A stretch of DNA of 61,100 nt, counting the filler, from Bipalium vagum (taxonomy: Eukaryota): NCBI GenBank assembly GCA_037834085.1. It is 3 parts of 3 records of this genome, joined end to end, with 100 filler letters (N's around TTAATTAATTAA, not from the genome) between each part and the next. Parts side by side here need not be neighbours in the genome. Positions count along the whole stretch, not along the records: positions 1 to 21,223 come from JBBMKC010240304.1; 2 more parts are not named here. One strand, given 5' to 3'. The notes beneath the pieces are model-generated. The model was given only the letters and a program-made list of their open reading frames with translations, did not search any database and was not told the origin of the DNA. Shown piece by piece: positions 1-11,899 of this stretch (within the stretch, counting starts at the first letter, position 1; every line of letters begins with the position of its first letter). The translations under genes were made by a program, and so were the position numbers.

Positions 1-73
1 AATAGTTTAGAAATTTTTTAATTTATTAACAATTATTTAGAATTTTAGGGTGCTTTTTACTTTTTTCCATGAG

Positions 74-280
74 TATAGACATAAAAGCGGAAATGTCTTC
101 TTTCTTCATCAGTAAACATGTTGCATTCTATCAAGATGGTATTACCCAATTGCAAAACCGTTGGCACAAATCGAAACAATGCGACCGACACTGTTTCGAT
201 GAATAAATAAATATCGAATAGACTGTTGACCTTAATATTCATTCAAAAAGTGGTTAAAACTTAATTGCACTTCATAGTGC
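74..280 (+). mobile_element. mariner transposase C-terminal remnant and 3' end
   Basis: The + frame reads DIKAEMSSFFISKHVAFYQDGITQLQNRWHKSKQCDRHCFDE*, matching the mariner C-terminal pattern FFxSKxxxFYxxGIxxLxxRW. A TIR-like tail follows. Confidence 0.7.
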
Positions 281-1654
281 TCTAAGGTGTTATCGATGAA
301 TTTTCCCAATTTGGTGAAAAAGCACGTGTCACAAATACATCCAGATTATTTAAACAAATAAAGCGAGACCGTAACTTATTCAAAAATGCTTCATCAAATC
401 AAATCACACATGCTTCTGTTTTTACCGTTTGAAAAAGCGCCAAACGAAAAGTCTAAAATGTTAAATCAAGTGATACATTAAAACAATTATTGAAATGAAA
501 TTTGTTTAATGATGTAGCCCTAGTGATGATTATTGCAGAGCTCGAGGATCGAAATATTTATGTACAGCCCCAGGCAGACTTTCCTTAATAAATTATATTC
601 CAATATTCATAATTATTGATAAACATGGCGAAAGGAGAAACGGAGAAATGAAAATTTGACAGCCACATCCGCCTTTGTACGAACATATTCCGCTTGAGCC
701 ACTGTTCAAGATAACCGGGCTCCGTTGCCACTCTCGACGCGCGGAGCACGCTCATGTCGCTGATTCTTTCTGCGAAAGAGTTCAAACGTCGAACGAAATG
801 ATTTATGGAAGCAGTTCAACATTTGAGACATAAATGACGGCTTCGTTCTCACTAATTAATAAGGAAGTGGTTAATTACTGCAAAGAACGACTTGAAACGT
901 TTCCATTTCATTTTTCAACTGAAATTGATTGTACTAAATAATATTATGTTACAACATCAAGCTGTCTTCATCCCTTGGGAAATTACTTAAATCTTTAAAC
1001 GCTCAACATTTTCGGATGAAAGTTTTCTCATTAAATATTTCTTGTTTTAATAAATCCAAAATAAATATGTAAACAATTTAATTTGTTATTTTAATGAGCG
1101 AAAATAATCTTACTATCGATTTCATCGTTATTATTTTTTTTATTATTATTACTTTATTTTTATTATTATTATTAGGATCATACCAATATTATTATTATAT
1201 TATTAATATTACTATTATTATTAATAATATAATTATTATTGCTATTACTAATATTCTCAAATAGGATACATTTTCAACTTTACCGTTTGAAGGGGGGCTG
1301 TTATACCATGGGAATTTAGTATTTTAAATCATTTTAAATAGATTTTTATGAAATATCTCAATAAATAAAATTAAAATTTTTTGTGTAATAATAAACATTG
1401 ATTATATATAATTTTAGCCAATTAAAGTAATGTTCACCAAGCCTAAGTTAACGTATGGGTATTATCGGTGATATTAAACTACTAACCTTTACATCAAAAC
1501 ATGAAAAAATTTGTACAATATTATGAATCATGCAAACAAGGACTGTGTAAAATGAAAACACGACATGATTGATAATTTCCGGATTGTTTTGCTTACCTTA
1601 GCTTAATTGGAAGATGGAATATCCTTATAGAAATCGATGATTCAAAAAATCGAT

Positions 1655-2020
1655 GTTTACTGCATGATGACCCATCTTTTAATAACTCGATAATCGTAAG
1701 CAGTTTTCTGACTGAAAAAGAGTTATGGTGATCAATCATCCAACATATTCACCGAATTTAGTTCCAGTAAATTTCATGCTATTCCCAAAGCTAAAACCCA
1801 TACTTAAAGAAAGAAAGAGTCAATATATTGAGGATATTCAGACGAATGTTACAAGCGAACTGAAATGTATTGCAAAAGAGGACTTTAATAAAGTTCTGCG
1901 CTTTGTATAAAAGATGTACTAAGTGTATTCAAGTCAATGGTGACTACTTTGAGTAATGAAATATGATTAATTGTTGCCTTATATATCTTTGTTTTTGTAC
2001 AGCTTAAGTCCTGAAATATA
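1655..2020 (+). mobile_element. mariner (DD34D-type) transposase 3' remnant
   Basis: LLHDD...HPTYSPNLVPVNFMLFPKLK...CIQVNGDYFE* is a degenerate HPPYSPDLAPxDF motif and C-terminus (ORF 1725-1910). Confidence 0.85.
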
Positions 2021-3489
2021 TATAATATTGTTCAATATTTAGAGTATCAAATTTAAACCTGACTCCAATTTTAGGTGGTACAAAAATTTTAAAAAATCAA
2101 TAAATTGTATTTATATCATAATAAATCACACTGATAACAATTACAATAATTGTCAACAAAAGTGGATCACAATAATAACTGAAATGTCTGAAAATGTCTT
2201 GGGTAATCAATCAAACACAGAATGTTCAATAAAAGTCTAAAAATTAAAATAAAAAAAATACTTAAGGTTTAAGAAATCAATAATCAAACTTGAATAATAA
2301 ATAATAATAAATAATGTTATAAAAAATTGATTAAGATTAAAAAAAATAAAACGATCTTATGGAGTCGCTTGCTCAAGTTTCCCGAACTGTCAGCTGAGCC
2401 TTTATAGTTGCTCAGAGATAACCCTCTGGGAGTACTTAAACATGATCCTAAATATATTATCGATATATTTACTTCAAATTCTTCTTCGAAAGAAATATTG
2501 GAAAATCTAGAACAATTTTTATAAATAGTCTCCTTTATAATAAATAATCTTTAATATCTTCTGTTCTTCCTGTAATACTAATCATCAATCTTCAAAATGA
2601 GCAATTGTCTTATTTTACATAGAACAACGATTGAAACGATCACCTCAAATGTTTCAGATCGAAAATGGGGTGTATTTGAGAAGTGCTAATTTGGTCACCT
2701 TGATGGAAAGTACGTTTCTCACTGAAATTAAACGTTCGCAAAGATTTCCTTGACTGGAAAAACATCTCATAATGAAGAACCAATTGTTTGATTTATTTAA
2801 TTAAAAAATAATTAAATATTAAATGATTCCGCCTTGATTATTTAACGAATGAAAATTTAGAATTGATAACGTCTTACCAAATTATTATTATTATTAATAA
2901 TTATAATTGTCAAGTATTATTAAATAGAATATAATTATAACTATTGTTAATTGCAAAAAACGCGACTGCGCACAAGACCTGACCTAACCATCATTGATGA
3001 AAGAAAGATTTGATTATTTTAATTGACTTCTTCAAAGGTCACATTAGCCGAGGTAATGTTTGTTTAAATCAATGAATAAAAAGAAGAAATATTATGTTTG
3101 TTGTTGTCTATTATGCTGAGAGTGAAGTAGACTTATCATTGATATATTACACTGGACTTGTGATGTTATAATCAATTTTATTTTATTATTTTATTATTAT
3201 TTTCCATTGAAGAAAAGCACTGTCGTTGGAAACGAAATGTTTTAATGGATTTAATTCATTATACTTTTTCCCACCGGATGCAATTTAAATAGCGTTACGA
3301 TTGAATGGTGTTTGTTAATTAAATAAATTATTTTTAATATTACAAAATGATTTGGATTTTTTAATTGACAACTTGACTGATTAAAACAATTAAATTATTT
3401 TGTTTACAAAGTATGGAAAATAAAAATCGAAACAATATTGAACACGAAATAATCTGAACAAAATACGATTAGAGTGTTAAATATTTATT

Positions 3490-4560
3490 ACATTAATTAA
3501 AACAATTACTTTTGTCGAAAAGTTTAAGAAAATATTTCAGGATTTATTTGTTTTAATAAATATTTAAAAAATATTTAATTAGAAAAAATATTTTTATTAA
3601 ATCTTTTTTATTTATAATCATGGAAATTAAAAGAAAACTAAATTTTATACAATTAAAAAAATTTTAATTAAAAAATTGAAATTATTTTTATTTATTAATT
3701 AAACAATTACTAAAATAAATTAAATTATAAGAAAATATTTAATTAAAAAAATTTTTCGTGTAATATGTATATGACAAAAAATTAAAAATTTTTATAATAA
3801 TTAAAATAATTTTATTAAAAACAAAAAGTGTTTATTTAATTTTTAAAAAATAAATGTATAATTTAAAAAAGATTTGTAATTTTTTTTAAATTATTTAAAT
3901 AATAAGGAAATTTAAAAATTAAAACAAAATTGATAAATTAATTATTTCTTTAAAAATAAATTTTTATTTTCAAAAAATGAAAATAATTTATGTGAATTTT
4001 TTAATTTAAATAATAATCTAATAATTATTCTAATTCGAATAAGAAAATAAAAAAAAATTTTAAAAATTATTAGAAAAATTAAAACAGCTTAATCAAGGAA
4101 AATAAATAAAATTAAAAAATATTTTGATAAATTAATTGTGAATAAATAAAATAAAATAAAAAAATAAAAAATTATTTTAAAATTTTACTGAACTTTAAAA
4201 TGTGAAAATTAATTGCAAAAAGTTTTCAAAAATAATTCTGAAAATTAAAACAAATTAATTTAAATATTGAAAACATTTCAATTTAATTGATTTTGAGAAA
4301 CAATTCGAAATTTTAATTCTCGTAGAAATAGGAAAAATTAAAAAAAATAATTAAATAATAAAAAATTTTAAAAAATAAAAAATATTCATAAAAAAAATTT
4401 AAAACAAGGAGAACTTTTAGCAAAATCTTTCAAAAAATTAAAACAAATTAACCGAAAGACTGAAAAATATCGAAATTTAATTTATTTTTTCAAACCAATT
4501 CGTAAAGTCAATTTTCGATGAAATAATAAAAAAATTAAAATATTAATGTAATAATAAAAA
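3490..4560. repeat. degenerate AT-rich tandem repeat region
   Basis: The core AAAATTAAAACAAATTAA and variants recur near 3497, 3697, 3914, 4074, 4241 and 4433. The 4241 and 4433 units align over more than 100 bp. Confidence 0.5.
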
Positions 4561-6553
4561 ATAATTTTAATAGATTTTCTCTTAATCAAAATCTGATCTC
4601 ACGTGAAAATGCCCCTAAAGTTTTTGATTAAAATCAATATTGTATCTTACGAAAAGAATTTGTTAATTAAACGTGGTACTCACAAAGAGACAAATGGGAT
4701 TAATTATTATTTATTTTTCAATATTTGAAAATTAAAAAAATTCTCTTCTAATATAATAATTATTATTTTTATTTTCTGTTTATTTAATTTAAAATTTTAA
4801 CTACTAAATATAAAAAAAAAATAAAATTTATTTATATTTTATAATTTAAATAAATTTAACTTTTATTATTTAAAATATTTTTTATCGAATTATTTTTTTT
4901 AATTTATATAAATAATAATTATTTTTTATTATTAAAAAAATAAGATAAAATTTAATCAAAATTCTTAAATAAATAATACAAAAAAACTAAAATTATAAAA
5001 TTAAAATTATTTTTAAAATTTTATTTTTCCACATTTAATTATATAATTACTTAATTAATTAATTTTCCTATAATAATTATTTAAAAATTAAAAAAATATA
5101 TAATACAAATTTTTTTAATTTTATTAAATATATAGAAAATAATTTTTGAAAGATTTGGGTGTATTTATATTATTTTCATTAATATTTTTCTGTGCTCATT
5201 TCGCAACTGAAGATGTTGCTCTACTTTTCCCGGGTATTGTCATTATTATTTATTTATTTTCCTTTGTTATGAGTCAGAAAGTATTCTCTGTTAAATATGA
5301 AAATCAGTGAAGGTCAAAGCCATGATAATTCGGTGTTGTCAGAGTAACGCCTTTCAACGATGATTCTCATTAGTCCGTTTGTCTGTGTGTTCGCAAAGCT
5401 CCTTCCGTTGTTTGTGGAGGACGATGTCACAGGCCTCTTTTTGGGAACTTGAATTTATCCTTTGGTACAGGTTTTCTTTTTCTGAACTTTCCTTTTTAAG
5501 ATAAATTAAAATGTTATCCTTAAATTTTTCCTGATTTAAATTTATCCTGGTATAATAGTGTATAAGGCTGATTGATCAGCACTAAACGAAGTAAATCAAT
5601 TAATAAGACAAATATACTCTGAGATGTATCTCGAAACATGTATAGTATTCATATAAGTCAGAAGTTAAATCCGTCAGGAGTCAAATTATAGAGTAGTTAG
5701 TAGGGTTTACAGGGAATGGTCTCATCCCAATGACCACAACGTTATCGTATTAGAAAACGTTAAGATCAATGAAGACACAGTAAAGCCGAGTCATCAGATA
5801 TCATGACTCCTTCAACAAAGTAACCAGGCAGAATTAAATTTGGTTACAGAATATCAATCATCTTATGAGGCTGCTAAACAAACATTTTTTGATGAATCCC
5901 TTTCTAAAATGATAGAGCCTGAAAGTTTTAGAACATATTACATCATATTGTCCTTTCCTTCAAAGAAGTCCCAGTCATTGAGTCACATTTATGATATCGT
6001 ATTTTTATCAATCGCTGAAGCACCTTTTATGTGCTATTTAGGAAAGAGGCTTTCGTGACTGGTATCTAATGATTCAAAACCATAAAAACAAACAAATAGT
6101 AACCCCAGCCAAAGAAAAAGTCAAACAGTTCCAAATCAGATGAATATGGTGCTTCGTTTATATTTTTCCTGTAAATCATGAATAATGAAGGCAGTGTGAG
6201 ACGAGTAACAGCTCATGATTTACAAATAATATTTCATATTTATTGTTTGACAGGCAGTAGTGGCCAAACCACAAGAGTCACAAAAACGATCAACATGGGA
6301 CACCTTTGACGAACTCTTTGGTTTCGATTCGTTTCTATTATGTCATTGACTTTCTTGTCGACTTGTTCCTGCAGAGTACCGGTATATCCATATTTTATTA
6401 GCGACAATAATAATCGCTATAGAAAGAATTTATTGAGCGACAAGAACGCACCCCTGTTTATGCGAAATATTTAAATGCTTCTCCGCAAACAATTTTACAG
6501 CAATTTTACAAAAATTTTCAAACAATATATCATTAACGAAATAAAAAATATTA

Positions 6554-7760
6554 TTAAGGGATATATTTCCATTTGGCCAATTTAAGCAACTGAAGCCGTT
6601 TGGGTAGGCTATATGAAAGTCTCTGACAATGTTCTGTATTAATGATTTTCCATTCTTTCTCGACTGCTTTCCACAGTTGGTCAGGAGTATTGAAATTTTT
6701 CCCGGCTAGTTTTGCCTTTATGTATGCCCATAATTTCTCAATGAGATTAAGATCTGGCAATTGTCCAGGCCGAAACATAACCGGTAAACCTTTTTTCTTC
6801 AACCATGCTTTTGTTGTTTTTGCTGTGTGCGCCGTTACATTTTCCTGTTGGAAAATAACATATTGTCTTTCATTTTCCGTGCATTCTTTCTCGATGTTTG
6901 AAAGCAATTCAATATCTAATATCCTTTGGTACTCTTTGTCATTAATTGACCCAGTACATCGTATAAGCTCACCAACTCCAGATGCTGAGAATATTTCCCA
7001 AACGATAATTCCCCCAGCGCCATGGTTTTTTTGAGGTGGAAATACATTCCATTACATATTTTTCAGTTGATCTTCGAAGACAGCATTCAATGGCATCACT
7101 ATGAAGTTCAAATCGACATTCATCACTCGAGAACACAAATTGGAACCACTGAGAATCATACATACCGTAAAGATTATAAAAATTTAATCTGTCCTTAATA
7201 TTCTTTTTTGAATAAAATGGTTTCCTTATACAACGCATAGATGCAAATCCCAATTCTTTGACTCGTCTTGCAATTGTTTTTCGAGAAACTGTTTTATTAT
7301 TTCCATTTTTGAATTCCTCACCTAATTTTTTAATAGTTTTCTTACGATCTTTAATGACCTCAGATTTCAGTCTATTGTTATGTCGACTTGTAGTTTTTTT
7401 GGGTTTTCCTGAGCCTGTTTTTCTTTTTACAGAACCTGTTGTCTTGAACTGGTAGCCAATTCTTTTTATTGTGGATAATGGAATTTGAATACCACATTTC
7501 TTCAAAATATTCTGCATTTCATGATATGACAGTTTTGTGTAACAAAGGCCTCATATCCGATTTTTTATTTCGACATTTAAATGTTTCTTAGTCATTTTAT
7601 TTATTACTTGAATTATTAAAACAAACAGAACAAAATACCAAATTACATACATATTACGGGCAATAGCTTAAATATTAAAAATGTAATTAATGTTAACCAA
7701 TTTAAACATTTTTATTAAAATGTTTTATTTTGTGTAAGCCTCATTTTTTGTCCAGCTGTG
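6554..7760 (-). mobile_element. Tc1-like (DD34E) element, near full-length, inactivated
   Basis: Transposase runs from ATG 7595 to stop 6554 with a stop and frameshifts. Motifs: KTGSGKP, FSSDECRF, FQQE...34 aa...DLNLIEKLW. The 5' TIR TA-CACAGCTGGACAAAAAATGAGG ends at 7760. No 3' TIR was found. Confidence 0.92.
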
Positions 7761-8190
7761 TATGTCCACCAAATTTTTCAATTTTTCAATGTATTCATCA
7801 TCAATTGATGTGGAAGGTCTTCCAGAAAGTCGGTCATTTTTCACGGATTTCCTGCCTTCTAGAAACAAACTTGATACGTTTATAAATCTGTACTCTGGAA
7901 ATGCAATAATGATGAAACATTTCCGCATCCTTTATCATTGTTTTGGAACATCGTTCCACTCAAAAAAAAACAATACAAATCGTTGATCTTCAAACATCAG
8001 ATTTGAAAAAACGCCGGTTAGTTTTTATGCAATTATTTAAACAAGGATATTTCTTTAAATAATGATGTAAACTTTGGACTTATTTTCACGGCGCTTCAGT
8101 AAATCTATCGAAAAAAGGCTTGGCTAACATTCATTTGTCGGGAAATTTTGAAAGAGCATTTCTCGGAACATTTCAAACATTAGTAGTAGA
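7761..8190 (-). mobile_element. mariner 5' remnant interrupted by the Tc1 element
   Basis: GRKSVKNDRLSGRPSTS (mariner linker motif) reads directly into the TA + Tc1 TIR. A TIR-like end lies near 8165-8190. Confidence 0.8.
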
Positions 8191-8219
8191 GTTTGGTTTA
8201 CCTTTAACTTACTCTACTA

Positions 8220-9263
8220 ATAATGTTCGAAAAGTGATGAAAATGGTCAATTTCATAAATCTCGGCCGTTGAAGTCCAAATTTTCCAGTTGCTCTGCAAG
8301 AATGTGGATTCTCTTTTATAGATTCTCATTTCACAGACATAAAATGGTTATCGAAAGGAAAGTTGTTATCTTGCGTAATTGAGCTTCCAGAAGAGCTTTT
8401 TTTGTGAAAAAGGAAGAGATTGATAGATTTTGTAAAGTTCTTAAATATGAGTCGTGGATGTCCAAAGTAGAGTGCTTAAGTGAGATATTTGGACATTTCA
8501 ACAGTCTGAGTAGCAATAGGCAAGGCAGAAATGAAAATATTCTTTTGGCAACGGATAAATTAGTTACTTTAAGAAAAAAATGCAATATGGAAGAAAAGAA
8601 TGATGGTAAAGATTTGAGTATGTTTTCCATCAGTTTGCAAAACCTGCGTTACCGAGATGATTCTCATTATTAGTGAGCACTTGACAATTTTGGAAATGAA
8701 ATCGAAGAATGTACTCCTCAATCAGCACTAGAGAATTTGATTAGATTCGTAATCCTTTCCCATATTTATCGGTCATTAATCTTTCCAATTTAGAGTTATG
8801 TAAAGAGGAAGAACTAGCGAGTCTTACCAGTGATCGGGGACTCAAATTGAAGTGCGCTCAACTGCCATTAGAAGCTTTTTCGATTTCATTTATGAAAGAG
8901 TACCTAACTCTTAGTAAAAAGGTAATCAAAGTCTTACTACAATTTTAAACCTCGTTCTTATGTTAACTGGGATTTTCTGACCTAAACAACATTAAAAATA
9001 AAAACCTCGAAAGACTTAAAACATTTGAAGAACAGTTAAGAGTATTTCTTTTTCATATTTGTCCACAAATGCAGCAGTAGTAAAAAAGCACCAGGCACAA
9101 CGCTCTCACTGATATTCACCATTATTATTCTATACTCGATACTGTATTTATGACATAAATGTGATGTGAATAAAATTCTCCTTATAAGATCTTCTTTGTT
9201 ATATATTTTATATATTTTAGAGCTCAATAGTGTGCACGACATAAAAAGGGTTGGGAACCACTG
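8220..9263 (+). mobile_element. hAT (Buster/Charlie-type) transposase 3' remnant with 3' TIR
   Basis: Degenerate motifs VNFI-SRPL, KWLSKGK, LSEIFGHFNSL...QG, IRNPF, EYxxLSKKVIKVLLxF-TSFLCxLGFS. Ends AAGGGTTGGGAACCACTG (9263), followed by GGTTAAAG, which fits the Buster NNNTANNN target site. Confidence 0.88.
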
Positions 9264-9604
9264 GGTTAAAGAGTGATGATATGTTTATTGAAGAGGCTGA
9301 CAAAAGACCGTTTCATGTCAATATCAATGTCACGGTCTTTGACAGGCCTAACATTGGCCATAAGAGAGAATAGAGGACAGAGACAAAACTAAATTTCTTT
9401 TTATAATTATATTTATAATTCGATCAATAATAGATAATATTTATTATTTTATTTTTTATTAAAAATAATTGAACAAATTAAAATTATGATGGGTCCAAGT
9501 ATTATTTTTTATTATTAATTTATTTAAAATACTTTTTATTTTTAATTTATCACACGGTGATGTGGTTTCAATGATTATCACTTGTAAAAGTACATCTACA
9601 AAGA

Positions 9605-9617
9605 TGACCTTTGACCT
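9605..9617 (-). promoter_or_regulatory. perfect DR1 nuclear-receptor motif upstream of the TAL gene
   Basis: TGACCT-T-TGACCT (reverse AGGTCA-A-AGGTCA), about 400 bp 5' of the TAL ATG. The motif is seen; function is untested. Confidence 0.35.
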
Positions 9618-10013
9618 GCCCAATACGTTACGGTCGCCAGTAAGACAGACCTATAATGGATTTTCCTTGGCCAGAATTCCATCTGAAGATTCCCTCGGTT
9701 TCTGTTGACAAATTTAATCAATGACCAAATGATGAGTTTGACATTGGTTCTCTATGAACTTATTTATGTTGGTAAGGGTCTTGGTAGATGACAATAGCGA
9801 TATTATGGCATTGTCAAACAATCAATGCTCAGTCAACAATAAATGCAAGGCATGCAAGGCTTTTTGTTATCATTGACGTGCTATGGTCGTAACGGTGAAA
9901 TATCTACCAAGGTTTTTGTCTGGCACAAGCCTGTACCTAGAAGTGAGTAGGCTGTGTTGGTCATATTTAATTAACAAGATCACCAGTTTCACAGTCACAA
10001 TCCAAACTTGACA

Positions 10014-10842
10014 ATGTCTGGTAAATATGAAGACGATGACCATCGGATGATGCTGGAGCTGTTTTATGAGATCGATGCTAATAATAACGGTAGGTTTCTC
10101 TATCAAAGTCTCTAGCAAGGTCTCACCCCGCATCGTTTCATTCGTTTCAGGAGAGATCAGCCACAAAGAGTTGAGTGATTATATGAAGAAACGTGGATAC
10201 ACCGATGCTGACGTTGAAGTAAGTTTAATGGATCCTGTATTGTTTGACGTTGACTGTTATGTTGGTCAACCCCTGTAGAAGTACATGAAGCACTTCGATG
10301 AGAATCAAGACGGCAAAATTACCATGGAAGAATTCGTCAGTAAACTTGATTTACATGACGATTTCTTGTAAGCTTTGATAGACAATGTTGTTTGGGGGTT
10401 TTAATTGTGTTTTCAACATTAAGTGAACGTCCCACGGAACACGACAAGGACATTGAGTGCATTAATGTTGCCAGCACTTCTTTCAATAGACAATACATAA
10501 TGGTCAACGCTGTTCGACGTGCTGTAGCCAAGGGTAAAGATGATAAAAAGGTTAATATTTGATAGTTACTCTTTTTCCTATCATACTCCGTTGATAACTA
10601 CTTCAATGTCTTTTATTCTGTGTCCAATAAACCCTGATGATCTTCATGATTTGTTCTTTGCCTTTACTCAGGAAGTGGCCAAACTTATTAAAAACCAACT
10701 GGACAGCCAGCTCGACAAGTTGTGGCACTGTCTTATGATCAAGGGACAGTACTGGGCGTTCTACTCCCATGAGCCTGAGAATAGCATGGTTTTCAAATTC
10801 CAAAACACCGTCTACATTCTGTTTAGAACACCCTCAATGTAA
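10014..10842 (+). CDS. TAL: tegument-allergen-like protein (2 EF-hands + dynein-light-chain-like domain), 176 aa, 5 exons
   Basis: Exons 10014-10089, 10151-10218, 10279-10367, 10424-10550, 10672-10842. All introns are GT-AG (61, 60, 56, 121 nt) and the frame is preserved. Protein: MSGKYEDDDHRMMLELFYEIDANNNGEISHKELSDYMKKRGYTDADVEKYMKHFDENQDGKITMEEFVSKL...EVAKLIKNQLDSQLDKLWHCLMIKGQYWAFYSHEPENSMVFKFQNTVYILFRTPSM. The C-terminus matches the TAL DLC-like pattern LDxxxxxxWHxxxxxGxYWxxYSHEP. Confidence 0.93.
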
Positions 10843-11671
10843 CGGCTTAGAAACGATCATAACAAATTGACAAATAGTGAAAAATGATTTTATTATTGTT
10901 ATTATTGAAATGATTTAAATTACAATTTTTCGTTTTTGATTTTATTTCATGAAAGAAATTTAAAAGGACATTATTTTCTTTTCAAAAAAATGCCGAGACA
11001 AGTAATTGATGAAAGTAGATCAGTAAAACAAAATGTCAAGGTCATAAATACTTTTTTGTTGAAATTGTTTCCAGTGAATATTTATTTCACAAAACCATGA
11101 GTTTTTTGAAAAATATTATAATAAATACAAAATTATAATTAAATGTGATTAAATATAATTAAATAAAAATTATTATAAATTTTTGGGGAAATTAATTTTA
11201 AAAAATTTTTCAAAAAATAAATTAATAAGAAAAAAAGACAAATTTTCTAAATCTGGTTTAGAATGTTTTTTTTTTCAAGTAGTACATCGAAAAATATTTT
11301 CTAAATAAATAATTAATTTAATTAATAATAAAATGAAATAAAATAATTACAATTTTAATTTAATTAATTTTAATTTTACTTAATAATTTTATTAGTTATT
11401 ATTATTAATTTATAATTAAAAATAATGCCAAATAGTTCCTGTTAGTGAATAAAAGTAAATTTATTTATTTAAGTGTATGATTCTTGAAATTTACAATTTT
11501 GGCAAAGCTTTATGTTAAATATTTGTTTGCAGTCACCTTTCATTGTAAAAATTATGTAAACTTACTCTTGCTTTTATGTGAATACCATAAGTATATACAC
11601 TCACACTATTATTTATATTATTCATATATACTAATTATTAACAAAATCATTCGTATTGTTATTAAAATTTA

Positions 11672-11695
11672 TTATTATCATTATCATTATTATTA

Positions 11696-11735
<40 letters not shown>
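11672..11735. repeat. (TAT)n microsatellite
   Basis: Direct observation. It explains the poly-Y/poly-L end of spurious ORF 11484-11738. Confidence 0.95.
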
Positions 11736-11736
<1 letters not shown>

Positions 11737-11899
11737 GAAAAAAATATATAATAAAAAAGCTTTTGCAATTTGATTATGATACTGAAATCCAATTGTTTTT
11801 TCAGCAGTCTAAGCTAATTCATAAAATTAGGTATCCATATATATAACACAAGGTATATCCCATTTGTACCCCACATTTTTTTATAAAAAAACAGGCCTA

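Noticed and set aside
57-242. Minus-strand 61-aa ORF ending at a GT donor-like site
   Set aside because: It is the antisense of a plus-strand mariner C-terminus.
2350-2780. Possible small spliced gene with a 25-nt intron on the minus strand
   Set aside because: Several frames are equally plausible, no peptide is recognisable, and confirmed introns here are at least 43 nt.
535-6085. Alternative genetic code suggested by in-frame stops in near-open frames
   Set aside because: All three real genes translate cleanly with the standard code and end at TAA.
11278-11283. AGTAGT as a Polinton terminus
   Set aside because: No matching inverted end or TSD was found, and the hexamer is common.
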